The notes: a model not told the origin generated them from the letters alone. A stretch of 64,000 bases of DNA from Nitrospirota bacterium (GCA_028876065.1 JAGWTI010000004.1:3547-67546), one strand, 5' to 3'. Positions 25,978 through 36,300 are shown, numbered from the stretch's first letter. Numbers and translations are program-made.

Positions 25978-27471
25978 CTAGAACTTCTGGTAGTCCTGTC
26001 CCGCCGCATAGGCCACGAGAGCCTGGCTTTTCTTGTAAACGTACTGGGCCTCCGCGAGGCGGGACTCCGCGTCGAAGAGCGCGGTGGCGGCCCTGACCAC
26101 TTCTACGATCGCACTGAGCCCGAGGCGATACCGTTCCTGGGCTAGGTTCACGGCTTCCCTCGCGAAAGCCACGCGCTCTTGCTCCAATACAATCTGTTCG
26201 GCGGCCGTCGTCTGGTTGAGGGATGCACGGATGACTTGCAGAATCACTTCGTTGGCGAGGTTCTGAATCTCCTGCTCGGTCTCGCCTTTACGGTGGCCCG
26301 CTTCGACGATCTGGTTTTGAATCTTGAACCCGGTGAATAACGGGAGCCGGGCTGAGACCCCGAAGCCCCAGAGTGGAGCCACTCCGTCCTGGGGAATGCC
26401 ACCGTCATGTACATCGCCGTATTTCGTGATGCCGATGGTGCCTACTGTCGAGATCTCTCCTAAATTGAACGCTCTGACCTCCTGAAGCAGTTCCTGCGTG
26501 GCCACCAAACGGTGTTGTTCTCCCAACAATTCAGGCCGGTTCTTCAGCCCTTCCTCAACCAACTGGTCCATCGCGGGCGGAGGCGCGGTTGCCATCGAGA
26601 CTTTTTCCAGTTCGTACCGATTAGGTCCTTCAACCCCCATCGCGTTGTTCAGGGCAGCGAAAGCCTGCGACAGGTCGTTCTGCGCCTTGATCAAGGCCAA
26701 CTCGGCGTTCTTGACCTGAACCGTCACGAGGTCCAGGTCCAGCTTCGACTTGAGCTGGTGTTTGGTCAAGGCCTGTAGCTGTTTCTGGATAAGCGCGCGC
26801 TTCTCCAGATTTTCTGCGGCGATTTCGACGAGACGCTGCTGCATGAGGCAGGTGAGGTAGGCCTGTTGGACGTTCAGGATGACTAGGGCCTTGTTCGTGA
26901 GAATGTCCTTCTCCGTCGCGGTTTCCGTCGCCTGGCTGGCCAGGATGTGATGGGCGGTCGCGCCGAAGTCCGTGATCAGCTGGTTCAGGAGCAACCCTCC
27001 CGTCATCATGTTCTGGTTGTGTTTGGGCAACGCGCCAGCTAGGGCATAGCCCCGGCCGCCGCCGTATTGATGTAACTCGGCTCGGTTGCGGAGGCCGCGG
27101 AGGAAGCTGGATCCCAAGTCGCCGGTGGCATGGATGTTGGCGCCATCGCTGCTCAAGACTCTGATCGAGCCGGTTCCTCCGGCGACAGAGGCTTCGAGCC
27201 AGGGATATTGCCTGCCCTGGTCCTGCTTGGTTTCGGCCGCTGCACTCTTTAAGGTGGCCCGTGCTCGTTCAATCAGTGGATGTTTTTCCAAACCGGTCCC
27301 AATCGCCTCCCGCAGGCTGAGGAAGGGTGCCGGAGATGTGGCTGGCTGGGGTGCCGGATTCTTGCCGGAGGACGATGCGGCGTTGGGGGCCGAGTCGTTC
27401 GGCTGTGCCAGTGCGGAAACAGGATGCCAGGTCGCGAGGAACAGCAGGCATATGTAGAAGACGACCGGCAT
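25978..27471 (-). CDS. TolC-family outer membrane factor, paralog 1 of 3 (497 aa)
   Basis: ATG at 27471 with a strong AAGGAGG SD. Signal peptide '..ATWHPVSALA'. Shared blocks 'KALVILNVQQAYLTCL', 'HQLKSKLDLDL', 'FAALNNAMG'. Confidence 0.9.
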   Translation of the reverse strand: MPVVFYICLLFLATWHPVSALAQPNDSAPNAASSSGKNPAPQPATSPAPFLSLREAIGTGLEKHPLIERARATLKSAAAETKQDQGRQYPWLEASVAGGTGSIRVLSSDGANIHATGDLGSSFLRGLRNRAELHQYGGGRGYALAGALPKHNQNMMTGGLLLNQLITDFGATAHHILASQATETATEKDILTNKALVILNVQQAYLTCLMQQRLVEIAAENLEKRALIQKQLQALTKHQLKSKLDLDLVTVQVKNAELALIKAQNDLSQAFAALNNAMGVEGPNRYELEKVSMATAPPPAMDQLVEEGLKNRPELLGEQHRLVATQELLQEVRAFNLGEISTVGTIGITKYGDVHDGGIPQDGVAPLWGFGVSARLPLFTGFKIQNQIVEAGHRKGETEQEIQNLANEVILQVIRASLNQTTAAEQIVLEQERVAFAREAVNLAQERYRLGLSAIVEVVRAATALFDAESRLAEAQYVYKKSQALVAYAAGQDYQKF

Positions 27472-27557
27472 GGTGCCTCCTTATTCTTTAGCTCAAGACC
27501 CTCGGAACACGCGCACCAGCCGGTTCGCGACAGGTCTGTCAAGAGGGGAGAGGCCTG

Positions 27558-28775
27558 TCAATACTTCTGGCTGGCCGACTTGCCGGCCGGAAGGTCGTAC
27601 GCGGATGCGGTCACGGCTTGTCCGTCTTGAAGGTTGCTTTTGCCAACGATGACGACATCTTCGCTGCCGGTGAGTCCTTCGATAACCTCGACCCAGAGCC
27701 CGTCATCGATACCGGTCTTGATCGGGACGCGGCGGACCTTCCCGTTTTCGACCACAAAGACCGATTTGGTATTCCCATTGCTCCCCGGCGTGATCGCGGC
27801 TGGCGGAAGGATCAAGGCATTTTGGTGCCGCTCCAGATAAAGTGTCGCATTGATAAACATGCCGGGCTGGAGCCGGTGGCTCTTGTTGGGCAGGTCGATC
27901 TCCACAAGAAGCGTACGGGTGGATGGGTCCAACGCTCCGGTCGTACGGGTAATGGAGCCTTTGATCTCCTGGCCTGGCAGTTCCTTGACTGACAGGGTCG
28001 CTGGGATGCCCGGCATGGCCAGTGCTGAAGATTCCTGGGGAACACTCACGTATATTCGAACCGTGTCTATATCCATCATGGTAAACAGGGGATTCGCCTG
28101 CGTCGATGATCCAGTGGCGGCTTGGATCAGCGTTCCCGGGTCGGCAAAGCGGGCCGTGATGGTGCCGGCGAAAGGCGCGGTGACCCTTGTATACTCCAGG
28201 AACGTGCGCCGCCGTTCCATTAACTGCTTGGCTCCTTCGGCTTCTGCCTCCGCCACGTCCACGTCCTGTTTCGCGATCACGTCAGGATTTTCCTTCCAAA
28301 CGCCGAAGAGCCGCTCGTAGGTCAATTTCTTAATGGCATACTCCGCCTCGGCTTGTTGGGCTTGATCCAGGATTTCCGGTGCGTCGATCAGGGCCAGGAG
28401 CTGCCCTTTCTTGACCGTGTCGCCCTTGTCGAACCCGATCCATTTTAAGAAGCCGGACACTTTGCCATAGAGAGTAGCCTGGTACCAGGGCGAGATATTA
28501 GCGGGTAAGGTGAGGGTGCGCGACACATCCCGGCGCTGGGGTTTAGTGACCTGGACCAGATGGGTTGCCGGCTGAGCGCCGGACGGGGCGGTGGCTTTGG
28601 CCACCTCAGGCGCAGAGCCGGTCTCATGCTGGCCTTGGAAGAAGACAAAGGCTGCCACTACGAGAAAGAGCCCCGCTGCAGCAATTAGGATGGCCTTGAG
28701 CCGGTTTGGCTGGGGACTGTGGCCCAGCTCCGATGAATCAAGCGGTGATACCTCGTGCCGGTCCTGCTCAGTCAA
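27558..28775 (-). CDS. Efflux RND periplasmic adaptor subunit (MFP), membrane-anchored (405 aa)
   Basis: The start codon is TTG (28775..28773), preceded by AAGGAGG at 6 nt spacing. There is no in-frame ATG before the TM helix. 'GFDKGDTVKKGQLLALIDAPE' is a typical lipoyl-like motif. Confidence 0.9.
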   Translation of the reverse strand: MTEQDRHEVSPLDSSELGHSPQPNRLKAILIAAAGLFLVVAAFVFFQGQHETGSAPEVAKATAPSGAQPATHLVQVTKPQRRDVSRTLTLPANISPWYQATLYGKVSGFLKWIGFDKGDTVKKGQLLALIDAPEILDQAQQAEAEYAIKKLTYERLFGVWKENPDVIAKQDVDVAEAEAEGAKQLMERRRTFLEYTRVTAPFAGTITARFADPGTLIQAATGSSTQANPLFTMMDIDTVRIYVSVPQESSALAMPGIPATLSVKELPGQEIKGSITRTTGALDPSTRTLLVEIDLPNKSHRLQPGMFINATLYLERHQNALILPPAAITPGSNGNTKSVFVVENGKVRRVPIKTGIDDGLWVEVIEGLTGSEDVVIVGKSNLQDGQAVTASAYDLPAGKSASQKY

Positions 28776-28822
28776 GCCTGGCCTCCTTCTATTCGCGCCA
28801 TGAAGTGCATGATGGCTTCAAC

Positions 28823-31800
28823 TCACTGCCCCTCGCGAGCGGCAGTGTCCTCCGCCTGAATGGCCGAGCCTCGTCGAGCGAGGGAGTGCAGGACAGGGAT
28901 AAACAGCAAAGTCATCACGGTGGATACGGACAGTCCCCCGATGACCGCTCGTGCCAGCGGCATGTTGGCTTCACTGCCTTCTCCGATACCCAAGGCCATC
29001 GGCGCCAGGCCGAAGATCGTGGCGAGCGATGTCATCAGGATTGGACGGATGCGAAGCCGCCCTGCGTCCACCACGGCCTCCTCCAAAGAGGCCCCCTCCC
29101 TCAGTCGCTGGTTCGCGAAGTCCACCAGCAAAACGCTGTTGGAGACGACGATCCCGATCATCATCAGTGTCCCGATGAGCGACTCGACGTTAAGCGAGGT
29201 ATTAGTGAGGAGGAGCATCCAGATGACCCCGATGAGCCCCAGCGGGACCGCAAACATGATGACGAAGGGGTCTAGGTAGGAGCGGAAGAGGCCGACCATG
29301 ACCAGATAAATGAGGACAATTGCCAAAGGGAGTCCTCCGCCGAATCCGATCAACGCCTGTCTCATGCTGTCGACTTCCCCCTTGAAAGAAACCACCACGT
29401 CCTTGGGCAAATCCAACGTGGCCAACGCTTCCTCGATCTTGCCAGCTACCCGCCCCAAATCATTACCCGGTACGTCTACCAAGACGTCCATGGTCCGTTG
29501 GAGATTGTAATGATCTATCGTTTCAGGTCCGTTCTTCCTGGTCACGTCGATGATATCGCGGAGCACGACAGGTGAACGGGCTGCGCCATTGGTGTGAGGA
29601 AGGATGGGACTTTCAGGGAAAGGGGTCTGTTGCAGGGCCAGGGAGCTGCCATGGGCCGTAGAGGAACTGACGGTCGAGGCTTCCTTCACATTCGCGCCGA
29701 CGAGCGGGATATTGAGAAAATCCTCGAACTGGACCAGCATTTGTTCCGGATACTGGGTCACCACGAAGTAGGCGTTGTTGGTCTTGGAGTCGATCCAGTA
29801 ACCTGGGTTGAGCTGGATATTGGAACTCAAGCCGGTGATCACATCCGTGACGACGTTTTGTGCATTGAGGCCCAGATATGCGGATTTAGCACGGTCCACG
29901 GTCATGTGTAGTTCCGGATAGGACATGCCTTGGCGGACCTGTGCATCCACCGTCCCCGGGATCCTGACCGCCAATTCCTTGATACGTGCTGCCACATCGG
30001 CCACTTCATGCAGATGAGGTCCGCTGACCTTGATGTCAATCGGCGCAGGCAGACCGAAATTCAGCACGTCGCTAACGATTCCGCCGGTCTGGAAGGAGTA
30101 CTTCAGGCCGGGCATCTCCTTGTGTAGCCGTTCCCGAAGCTGGTCCACTACATCGTCGGTCCCTACCTTATGGTCTTGCTTGAGGCTGACTAGGATAAAC
30201 GCCTGATGAGGGCCCACCACCGGTGTATAGAGCACCATCCATCCTTGCGGAACGCCGATGTTGGCGACGATCTGGTTCAGATCATCCGGAGGGATCACTT
30301 GGCGGATGAGCTCTTCGATCCGCGCCACGATCGCCTCGGTCTTCTCCACTCTCATCCCCTCCGGCGCCGACACGTTTAGAATGAACTGGCCTGCGTCGAC
30401 CTTGGGAAAAAACTCGGTGGCCAGGCGCGGCGCCATCATGACTGAGACGGCAAAAATGGCCGCGACCGTCACAATCACGATGGCTTTGTGATGCAGGCAC
30501 CAGCGCAAAACCTGCACATAGCGCGTAACGAATGGATCGAAGAGGTTCAGCTTGTGCCATAGGGCTGTCAGCCCCGAAGTCTTTTCTTTGGCGTGCCCCG
30601 CATGCCCGCCGTGTTTACCTTTGAGCAGATAGGCCAGGCAGACCGGCGCTACGCTCAGGGCGCCCGCATAGGAGGCCATCATGGCGTAGCCCACGGAGAG
30701 GGCCAGGGGTACAAAGAGAAACTTGATGATGCCCGTAAAAAAGGCGATGGGCAGAAAGACGAGGAAGACGGTGATCGTGATCACCAGCATCGGAAGCGCG
30801 ACTTCGGTGGTTGCGTCACCAGCCGCCTCGTAGGAAGATTTGCCCATGTCCAGGTGCCGGTGGGTGTTCTCGACCACCACGATCGCGTCGTCCACCAGAC
30901 GACCGACCGCCAGCGCCAGACCGCCTAGTGTCATGATGTTGATCGTGTGGCCGGTGAAGTAAAGCCCGATGAAGGCGGCCGTGACCGAGAGGGGGATCGC
31001 CAGCGCGATGATGACTGTGTAGCGGAGGCTACCCAAGAACAGTAAGACCATCAAGCAGGCGAGGCCACCACCTAGGAGGCCTTCATGCTCCAGGGTTTGG
31101 ATCGATTGACGAATGTAGAGTGACTGGTCGAACACCAGCTTGACATCCAATCCGGCCGGCAATCCGATCAACTTCGGGATCGCCGCTTTGACTCCGTCGA
31201 TGACTTCCAACGTGTTGGCGCCGGCTTGCTTCATCACCGGAATGTAGACGGCTCGGTGGCCATCGATGCGCACCACATTCGTCTGGATCATGGCTGAATC
31301 GACGGCCTTGCCGACTTCCTTCAATGTGACCGGCGTTCCGTTGACGATCTTGATCGGGATCTGGTTCATGTTGTCTACGACTCGGATCATGCTGTTGGTG
31401 TAGACATTGTAGTCGAAGTCGCCGATCTTCACGTCACCGGCAGGGAGTAGGAGACTCTGGGTATTGACGGCATTGACGATGTCGCCGGCCGAGATACCGC
31501 GGGCCAGCATCCGCTCCCGGTCCAGGAAGACCGTGATCTGACGGACCGTGCCGCCGAAAGTCGGGGGCAATGAAATGCCGGGTACGCCTCCGAACTGAGG
31601 CCGCACGGTGAAATAGGCCAGGTCCCGCACCTCTTTCTCGGTCATGGTCTCGCTGCTGACGGTGAGGTCCGCAATGGGGAGACTGGTGGCGCCGAACTTG
31701 ATGATGATCGGCGGGAAGACGCCTTGCGGCAGATAGCGAAGTGTGCTGTAGGTCAGGCTGGTGATCTCGGCGACGGCCGCATTTACGTCATAGGACGGTT

Positions 31801-32080
31801 GAAAGTAAATCTTGACGAGGCTAACGCCGGGCAGGGAGCGGGATTCGATGTGTTCGATATATGACGCCTGCAAGTAGAGTTGTTCTAGGCGTAGGGTGAT
31901 GGCCCCTTCGACTTCGGACGGCCCCATGCCTTTGTAGAAAGTGACGACGGCCACGACGGGCAGGTTGATTTCCGGGAAGATGTCCACGACCATCTTTTGA
32001 TAGGACACCACGCCCAGGATAATGACGATCAGGCTGATTGCCACCACTGCGAAGGGATTTTTGAGCGATGCACGGACCAT
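28823..32080 (-). CDS. RND efflux permease, HAE1-type TM4 signature, paralog 1 (1085 aa)
   Basis: ATG at 32080; the ORF-track start at 32083 is a TTG one codon upstream. 'LALAVGRLVDDAIVVVEN'. His-rich central loop 'GKHGGHAGHAKEK' (coded near 30592..30621). Confidence 0.95.
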   Translation of the reverse strand: MVRASLKNPFAVVAISLIVIILGVVSYQKMVVDIFPEINLPVVAVVTFYKGMGPSEVEGAITLRLEQLYLQASYIEHIESRSLPGVSLVKIYFQPSYDVNAAVAEITSLTYSTLRYLPQGVFPPIIIKFGATSLPIADLTVSSETMTEKEVRDLAYFTVRPQFGGVPGISLPPTFGGTVRQITVFLDRERMLARGISAGDIVNAVNTQSLLLPAGDVKIGDFDYNVYTNSMIRVVDNMNQIPIKIVNGTPVTLKEVGKAVDSAMIQTNVVRIDGHRAVYIPVMKQAGANTLEVIDGVKAAIPKLIGLPAGLDVKLVFDQSLYIRQSIQTLEHEGLLGGGLACLMVLLFLGSLRYTVIIALAIPLSVTAAFIGLYFTGHTINIMTLGGLALAVGRLVDDAIVVVENTHRHLDMGKSSYEAAGDATTEVALPMLVITITVFLVFLPIAFFTGIIKFLFVPLALSVGYAMMASYAGALSVAPVCLAYLLKGKHGGHAGHAKEKTSGLTALWHKLNLFDPFVTRYVQVLRWCLHHKAIVIVTVAAIFAVSVMMAPRLATEFFPKVDAGQFILNVSAPEGMRVEKTEAIVARIEELIRQVIPPDDLNQIVANIGVPQGWMVLYTPVVGPHQAFILVSLKQDHKVGTDDVVDQLRERLHKEMPGLKYSFQTGGIVSDVLNFGLPAPIDIKVSGPHLHEVADVAARIKELAVRIPGTVDAQVRQGMSYPELHMTVDRAKSAYLGLNAQNVVTDVITGLSSNIQLNPGYWIDSKTNNAYFVVTQYPEQMLVQFEDFLNIPLVGANVKEASTVSSSTAHGSSLALQQTPFPESPILPHTNGAARSPVVLRDIIDVTRKNGPETIDHYNLQRTMDVLVDVPGNDLGRVAGKIEEALATLDLPKDVVVSFKGEVDSMRQALIGFGGGLPLAIVLIYLVMVGLFRSYLDPFVIMFAVPLGLIGVIWMLLLTNTSLNVESLIGTLMMIGIVVSNSVLLVDFANQRLREGASLEEAVVDAGRLRIRPILMTSLATIFGLAPMALGIGEGSEANMPLARAVIGGLSVSTVMTLLFIPVLHSLARRGSAIQAEDTAAREGQ

Positions 32081-32230
32081 CAACGTTTCCGATCAGCTAT
32101 GAACCGATCGCCTCTTGTGTTGGCGTCGGGCGTAAGAAGGTGTAAGCCATGCGTGCCGCATTATCAGGCATTCTTTCATCTCCGAATGAACGTTACGGCA
32201 GGGATAGTCATTAGAGGCGGGGATGGCCCT

Positions 32231-32563
32231 TTAGATGAGTAATTCGCATGGGATGGCGAAGAGTTTTATGGGGACCTTGCCCCATTGCGTAGACGGTTTC
32301 AACGTACTCATATGCTGCTGCTGGGCTAAGTGGTCGTGGAACTTTTTCAATCTTTGCACAACCCGTTCAGCCTGCTCTTCCCCCATGGCGGCAAGGACCA
32401 TGGCATTGTATCCCGGCCAACCGAATGACTGGCCTGCTGCTCCGGTTTCGCCCATGCCGAAGACTTTGGGGACTTCGGTAAAGGCTTTGACGTCAAGTTC
32501 TTCTAGTAACTGCAAGAGGTCGTGTTCCAGCGGCTGGCGGAAGATGAGGAGCAGCATCTTCAT
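32231..32563 (-). CDS. PII-like fold small protein (110 aa), possibly DUF3240-like, between the two RND genes
   Basis: The beta-alpha-beta-beta-alpha-beta pattern is read by eye: 'KMLLLIF', 'LEHDLLQLLEEL', 'FTEVPKVFGMG', the loop 'ETGAAGQSFGWPG', 'YNAMVLAAM', 'EEQAERVVQRLKKF', 'IKLFAIPCELL'. ATG at 32563; alternative ATG at 32602. Confidence 0.5.
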   Translation of the reverse strand: MKMLLLIFRQPLEHDLLQLLEELDVKAFTEVPKVFGMGETGAAGQSFGWPGYNAMVLAAMGEEQAERVVQRLKKFHDHLAQQQHMSTLKPSTQWGKVPIKLFAIPCELLI

Positions 32564-32643
32564 GGCCGCTGTCTCACATCTACGTCGCAGGGGGCGTCGC
32601 ATTCCGACTTCTGTCCGAATTTTCGAATCACTACGATCGCCAT
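32560..32643 (-). CDS. 27-codon micro-ORF (MAIVVIRKFGQKSECDAPCDVDVRQRP) translationally coupled to the PII-like gene
   Basis: Translated by hand. The ATG at 32643..32641 is immediately preceded by TAGGAGG, with only 2 nt of spacing. Its stop TGA (32562..32560) overlaps the PII-like ATG as ATGA. It falls below the ORF-track length cutoff. Confidence 0.25.
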   Translation of the reverse strand: MAIVVIRKFGQKSECDAPCDVDVRQRP

Positions 32644-33381
32644 GGCCTCCTAATCAGGGCGGGAAATTTTTCACCGGATAAAGCCTCAAGCAATTTATAT
32701 ACCATAGTTTCAGGCTCCTCGTTCTCAATTTTTTGTTATCCCGAGATTTTGAAGTCTGGATTAGAGCATTGTCACATGAAACATGGAAGCTACATTCCAG
32801 TTTTTCCCAATTCATCAACAAGGGTCTGAGCTTGACTGCCCCTTCGTGAATAAGTAGAAAACGGTTGACAGCAAAGGGGTATCGGGCAGTCAAGGCCATA
32901 TGTCGTTGAGGTTGAACCAGGGCGGTGCCCATGCTGTTATTAGAACCACTCCCATGTTTCGCACCTCCATAGAGTACCAGCCCACAGTGACATAACGGCA
33001 TCGTATATTAGAAGATTGCCCAGTCCCTTCGGCAGCCCATGTGGCAAGGGAGCTAAGCCAAATAGCAAACCGGGTGAGCGGTTCCGCACTAGCCGCACTG
33101 TGCAAGGAGAACCCGGCCGATGAGTCTTGTGCTATCGATTCTAATCAGTGGGACTCAACGGAACCTTGTACTGTTTATCAGTTGCCTCGATCACCACGCA
33201 AGTGGCAATCACGCAACGTTGAGAAAAGAATCCTTTCTCATCGAGTAGAGTTGGAAGCAGGCGTCACCTTGTCAAAAGCGGTACTTTACCGTTCCCCAAT
33301 AGGCTGCATGTCCGCTCCTGTCGAGATCGCTGCGCTCGCTCGTCCGGTTGATGCGCCTGCCACTGGATTGCGGAAGCAGCG

Positions 33382-36300
33382 TCATGGCTGCTCCTCCTGC
33401 TTGTGAGATGGAGAAGCCGTTGCCAGGCTGGCCGCTGATCGGCGGTGGAAGGTTATGTAAAGGACCGGAGTGAAGAGCAATGCCATGGTCACCGAGACGA
33501 GAAGCCCGCCAATGACCGCCCGCGCCAGCGGCACGTTCATCTCGCTCCCTTCGCCGATGCCGAGGGCCATTGGTGCCAAGCCGATGATGGTGGCCAGCGA
33601 GGTCATCAGGATCGGGCGGATCCGAAGGCGCCCGGCCTCCACGACCGCCTCTAACGGTGACATGCCCTTCCGCAGGCGATTGTTGGCGAACTCTATGATG
33701 AGAACGCTATTGGCTACGTCGATCCCGATCCCCATCAAGGTGCCGATGAGGGACTCTACGTTAAGGGAGGTGTCCGTGAGCAACAACATCCAGATCACTC
33801 CCATAAACCCAAGGGGGACCACAAACATCATGATGAACGGATCGAGCCAGGAGCGGAAGAGGCCGACCATGACCAAATAAATCAGGAGCATGGCGAGGGG
33901 AAGGGCTCCTGCAAACCCGATCAACGCGGCCCGCATGGCTTCTGCCTCGCCCTTGATGGCCAGGAGAACATCCTGGGGAAGTTGAAGCGTGGCTAATTGC
34001 TGCTCGATCTGCCTGGCCACCCGGCCGAGGTCGTTTCCCGGCACGCTGACCAGAACATCGATGGTGCGTTGCAGATTGTAATGGTCCACCGTCTCCGGAC
34101 CGGTTTTCCTGACGACATCGGTGATGTCCCGCAGGAGAATCGGAATCGAAGGAGGGCCGGCTCCAACTTCCGGCAGAAGTGGGGTTTCCGGAAAAGGCGT
34201 CTGTTGCAGGGCCAAGGCGCTGCCGCGCTGCAGGATTCCCCCTCCGCTGGCCGATGGCGGCAGCTTTGCCCGTTCCCCAACAATGAGAGGCATGTTGAGG
34301 AAGTCCTCAAATTTCACCAGCGTTTGTTCCGGGTACTGGGCAACGACGAAGTAGGCGTTGTTGGACTGCGGATCGATCCAGTACCCCGGGTTCCATTGCA
34401 CATTCGAGCTCAGCCCGGTGATGAGATCGACGACAATTTGCTGCTCGTTGAGGCCCATGTAGATCGATTTGGCCCTGTTCACGTTGAGGTGGATTTCCGG
34501 GTACGCCATCCCCTGATGCACCTGCACGTCTGCAGCGCCGGGCACGGAGGCAATCATATCTCGGATCTTCTCGGCAGTCTCGGCCAGGTCGGCCAGGTTG
34601 GGCCCGCTGACTTTGATGTCGATGGGGGCCGACAGGCCGAAGTCGATCACATCGCTGACGATTCCGCCTGTCTGAAACGAAAATTTCAGCCCGGGCAGAT
34701 CACGGGCAAGCGCCGGGCGCAGGCGGGCGATGATGTCATCGGCGCGGAGCCTGTGCCCGCGCTTGAGACTCACGAGCATGAACGCCTGGTGAGGGCCGTT
34801 GACCGGGGTGTAGAGCATCATCCACCCCTGCGGCATGCCGATGTTCACGACGATCTGATCAAGCTCGGCCGGTGGGATTTCCTTGCGGATCAGGGCTTCG
34901 ATCTGCGCGGTAATCGCCTCGGTTTTTTCCACCCGTGTGCCTTGCGGCGCCGAGACGTTCAGAATGAACTGGCCTGCGTCCACTTTAGGGAAAAATTCCG
35001 TAGCCAGACGGGGTGCCAGCAGCAGCAATGAGCCGCCGAAGCTTGCTGCGACGGCCACAATCACGAGCGCTTTATGCGCCAGGCACCAACGGAGCACCCG
35101 GACGTACCCCGCCACAAACGGGTCAAAGAGATTCAGCCGCTTCCAGAGCGCAACGAGACCCCGTGCGGGCGGCGGGCTCTGACCATGCCCGGCGTGCCCG
35201 TATCCACGGAACAGGCGCTCCATTGTAACCGGGGCAACGGTCAGCGCGTCGAGATAAGATGCCATCATGGCGAGGGCGACGGCCAGCCCGAGCGGCACAA
35301 ACAGGAACCTGATGACGCCGGTGAAGAAGGCAATGGGCAGAAAGACGAGAAAGACCGTGATGGTGATCACCAGCATGGGGAGCGCCACTTCGGTGACCGC
35401 ATCCCCGGCAGCCTGCATGGAGGGTTTCCCCATCTCCAAGTGCCGATGAAAATTTTCCACGACGATGACCGCATCGTCTACCAGCCGGCCGACCGCCAAC
35501 GCCAGGCCTCCCAAGGTCATGATGTTGACCGTGTGGCCCGCGGAGTACAGACCGATAAAGGCGGCGGTCACCGACAGAGGGATGGCCAGGACGATCACGA
35601 GGGTGGAACGCAGGCTGCCGAGAAATAGGAGCACCATCAGGCAGGCGAGGCCGCCGCCCATGAGGCCCTCATGGGCCAAGGTCCGGATCGCCTGTCGGAC
35701 ATACAGCGACTGGTCGAAAATGAGCTTGACGGTCAGGTCCTTCGGAATCCCGATGAGCTTGGGAACCACTTCCTTGACCCCATCGATGACCCGGATCGTG
35801 TTGGCCCCGGCCTGTTTCATGATCGGAAGATAGACCGCCCGATGGCCGTTGATTTGCACGATGTTCGTTTGGATCATAGAAGAATCGGCCGCCCGCCCCA
35901 CATCTTTCAGAAAGACCGGTACGCCGTCGACGACTTTGATCGGAATCTCGTTCATGTGCTCGACAAACCGGATCATGCTGTTGGTATAGACGTTGTAGTC
36001 GATGTCGCCGATCTTGACGTCGCCGGCAGGGAGCAGGACGCTCTGGGTGTTCACCGCGTTGACGATGTCACCGGTCGAGACGCCGCGGGCCAACATCCGC
36101 TCCCGATCCAGAAACACGGTGACCTGACGAATTGTCCCACCGAAGGTTGGGGGCAGTGAAATGCCGGGCACCCCGCCAAACTGAGGGCGCACGTTGAAAT
36201 AGGCGAGGTCACGGACTTCTTTTTCCCCCAGCTTCTCGCTGCTGACGGTCAAATCGGCAATGGGCAGACTGGCGGCGCCGAACTTGATGATGATCGGGGG

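Noticed and set aside
32084-32230. 28-codon ORF (MKECLIMRHAWLTPSYARRQHKRRSVHS) in the PII-like/RND-1 spacer
   Set aside because: The only SD-like GGAG abuts the ATG with zero spacing. There is no coupling geometry and the peptide is basic low complexity. It is probably chance.
33355-33375. 'GCCACTGG...GGAAGC' resembling part of a cobalamin riboswitch core
   Set aside because: It is only a short fragment. The other conserved B12-element blocks are absent. On that strand it points into the 3' end of a convergent gene, so there is nothing to regulate.
32654-33406. ORFs 32654..33001 (-), 32890..33105 (-) and 33041..33406 (+) in the low-GC spacer between the RND genes
   Set aside because: They have no SD and an odd composition with many Cys, Trp and Asn. 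They overlap each other and show no motif I recognise. The region is reported as an anomalous spacer instead.
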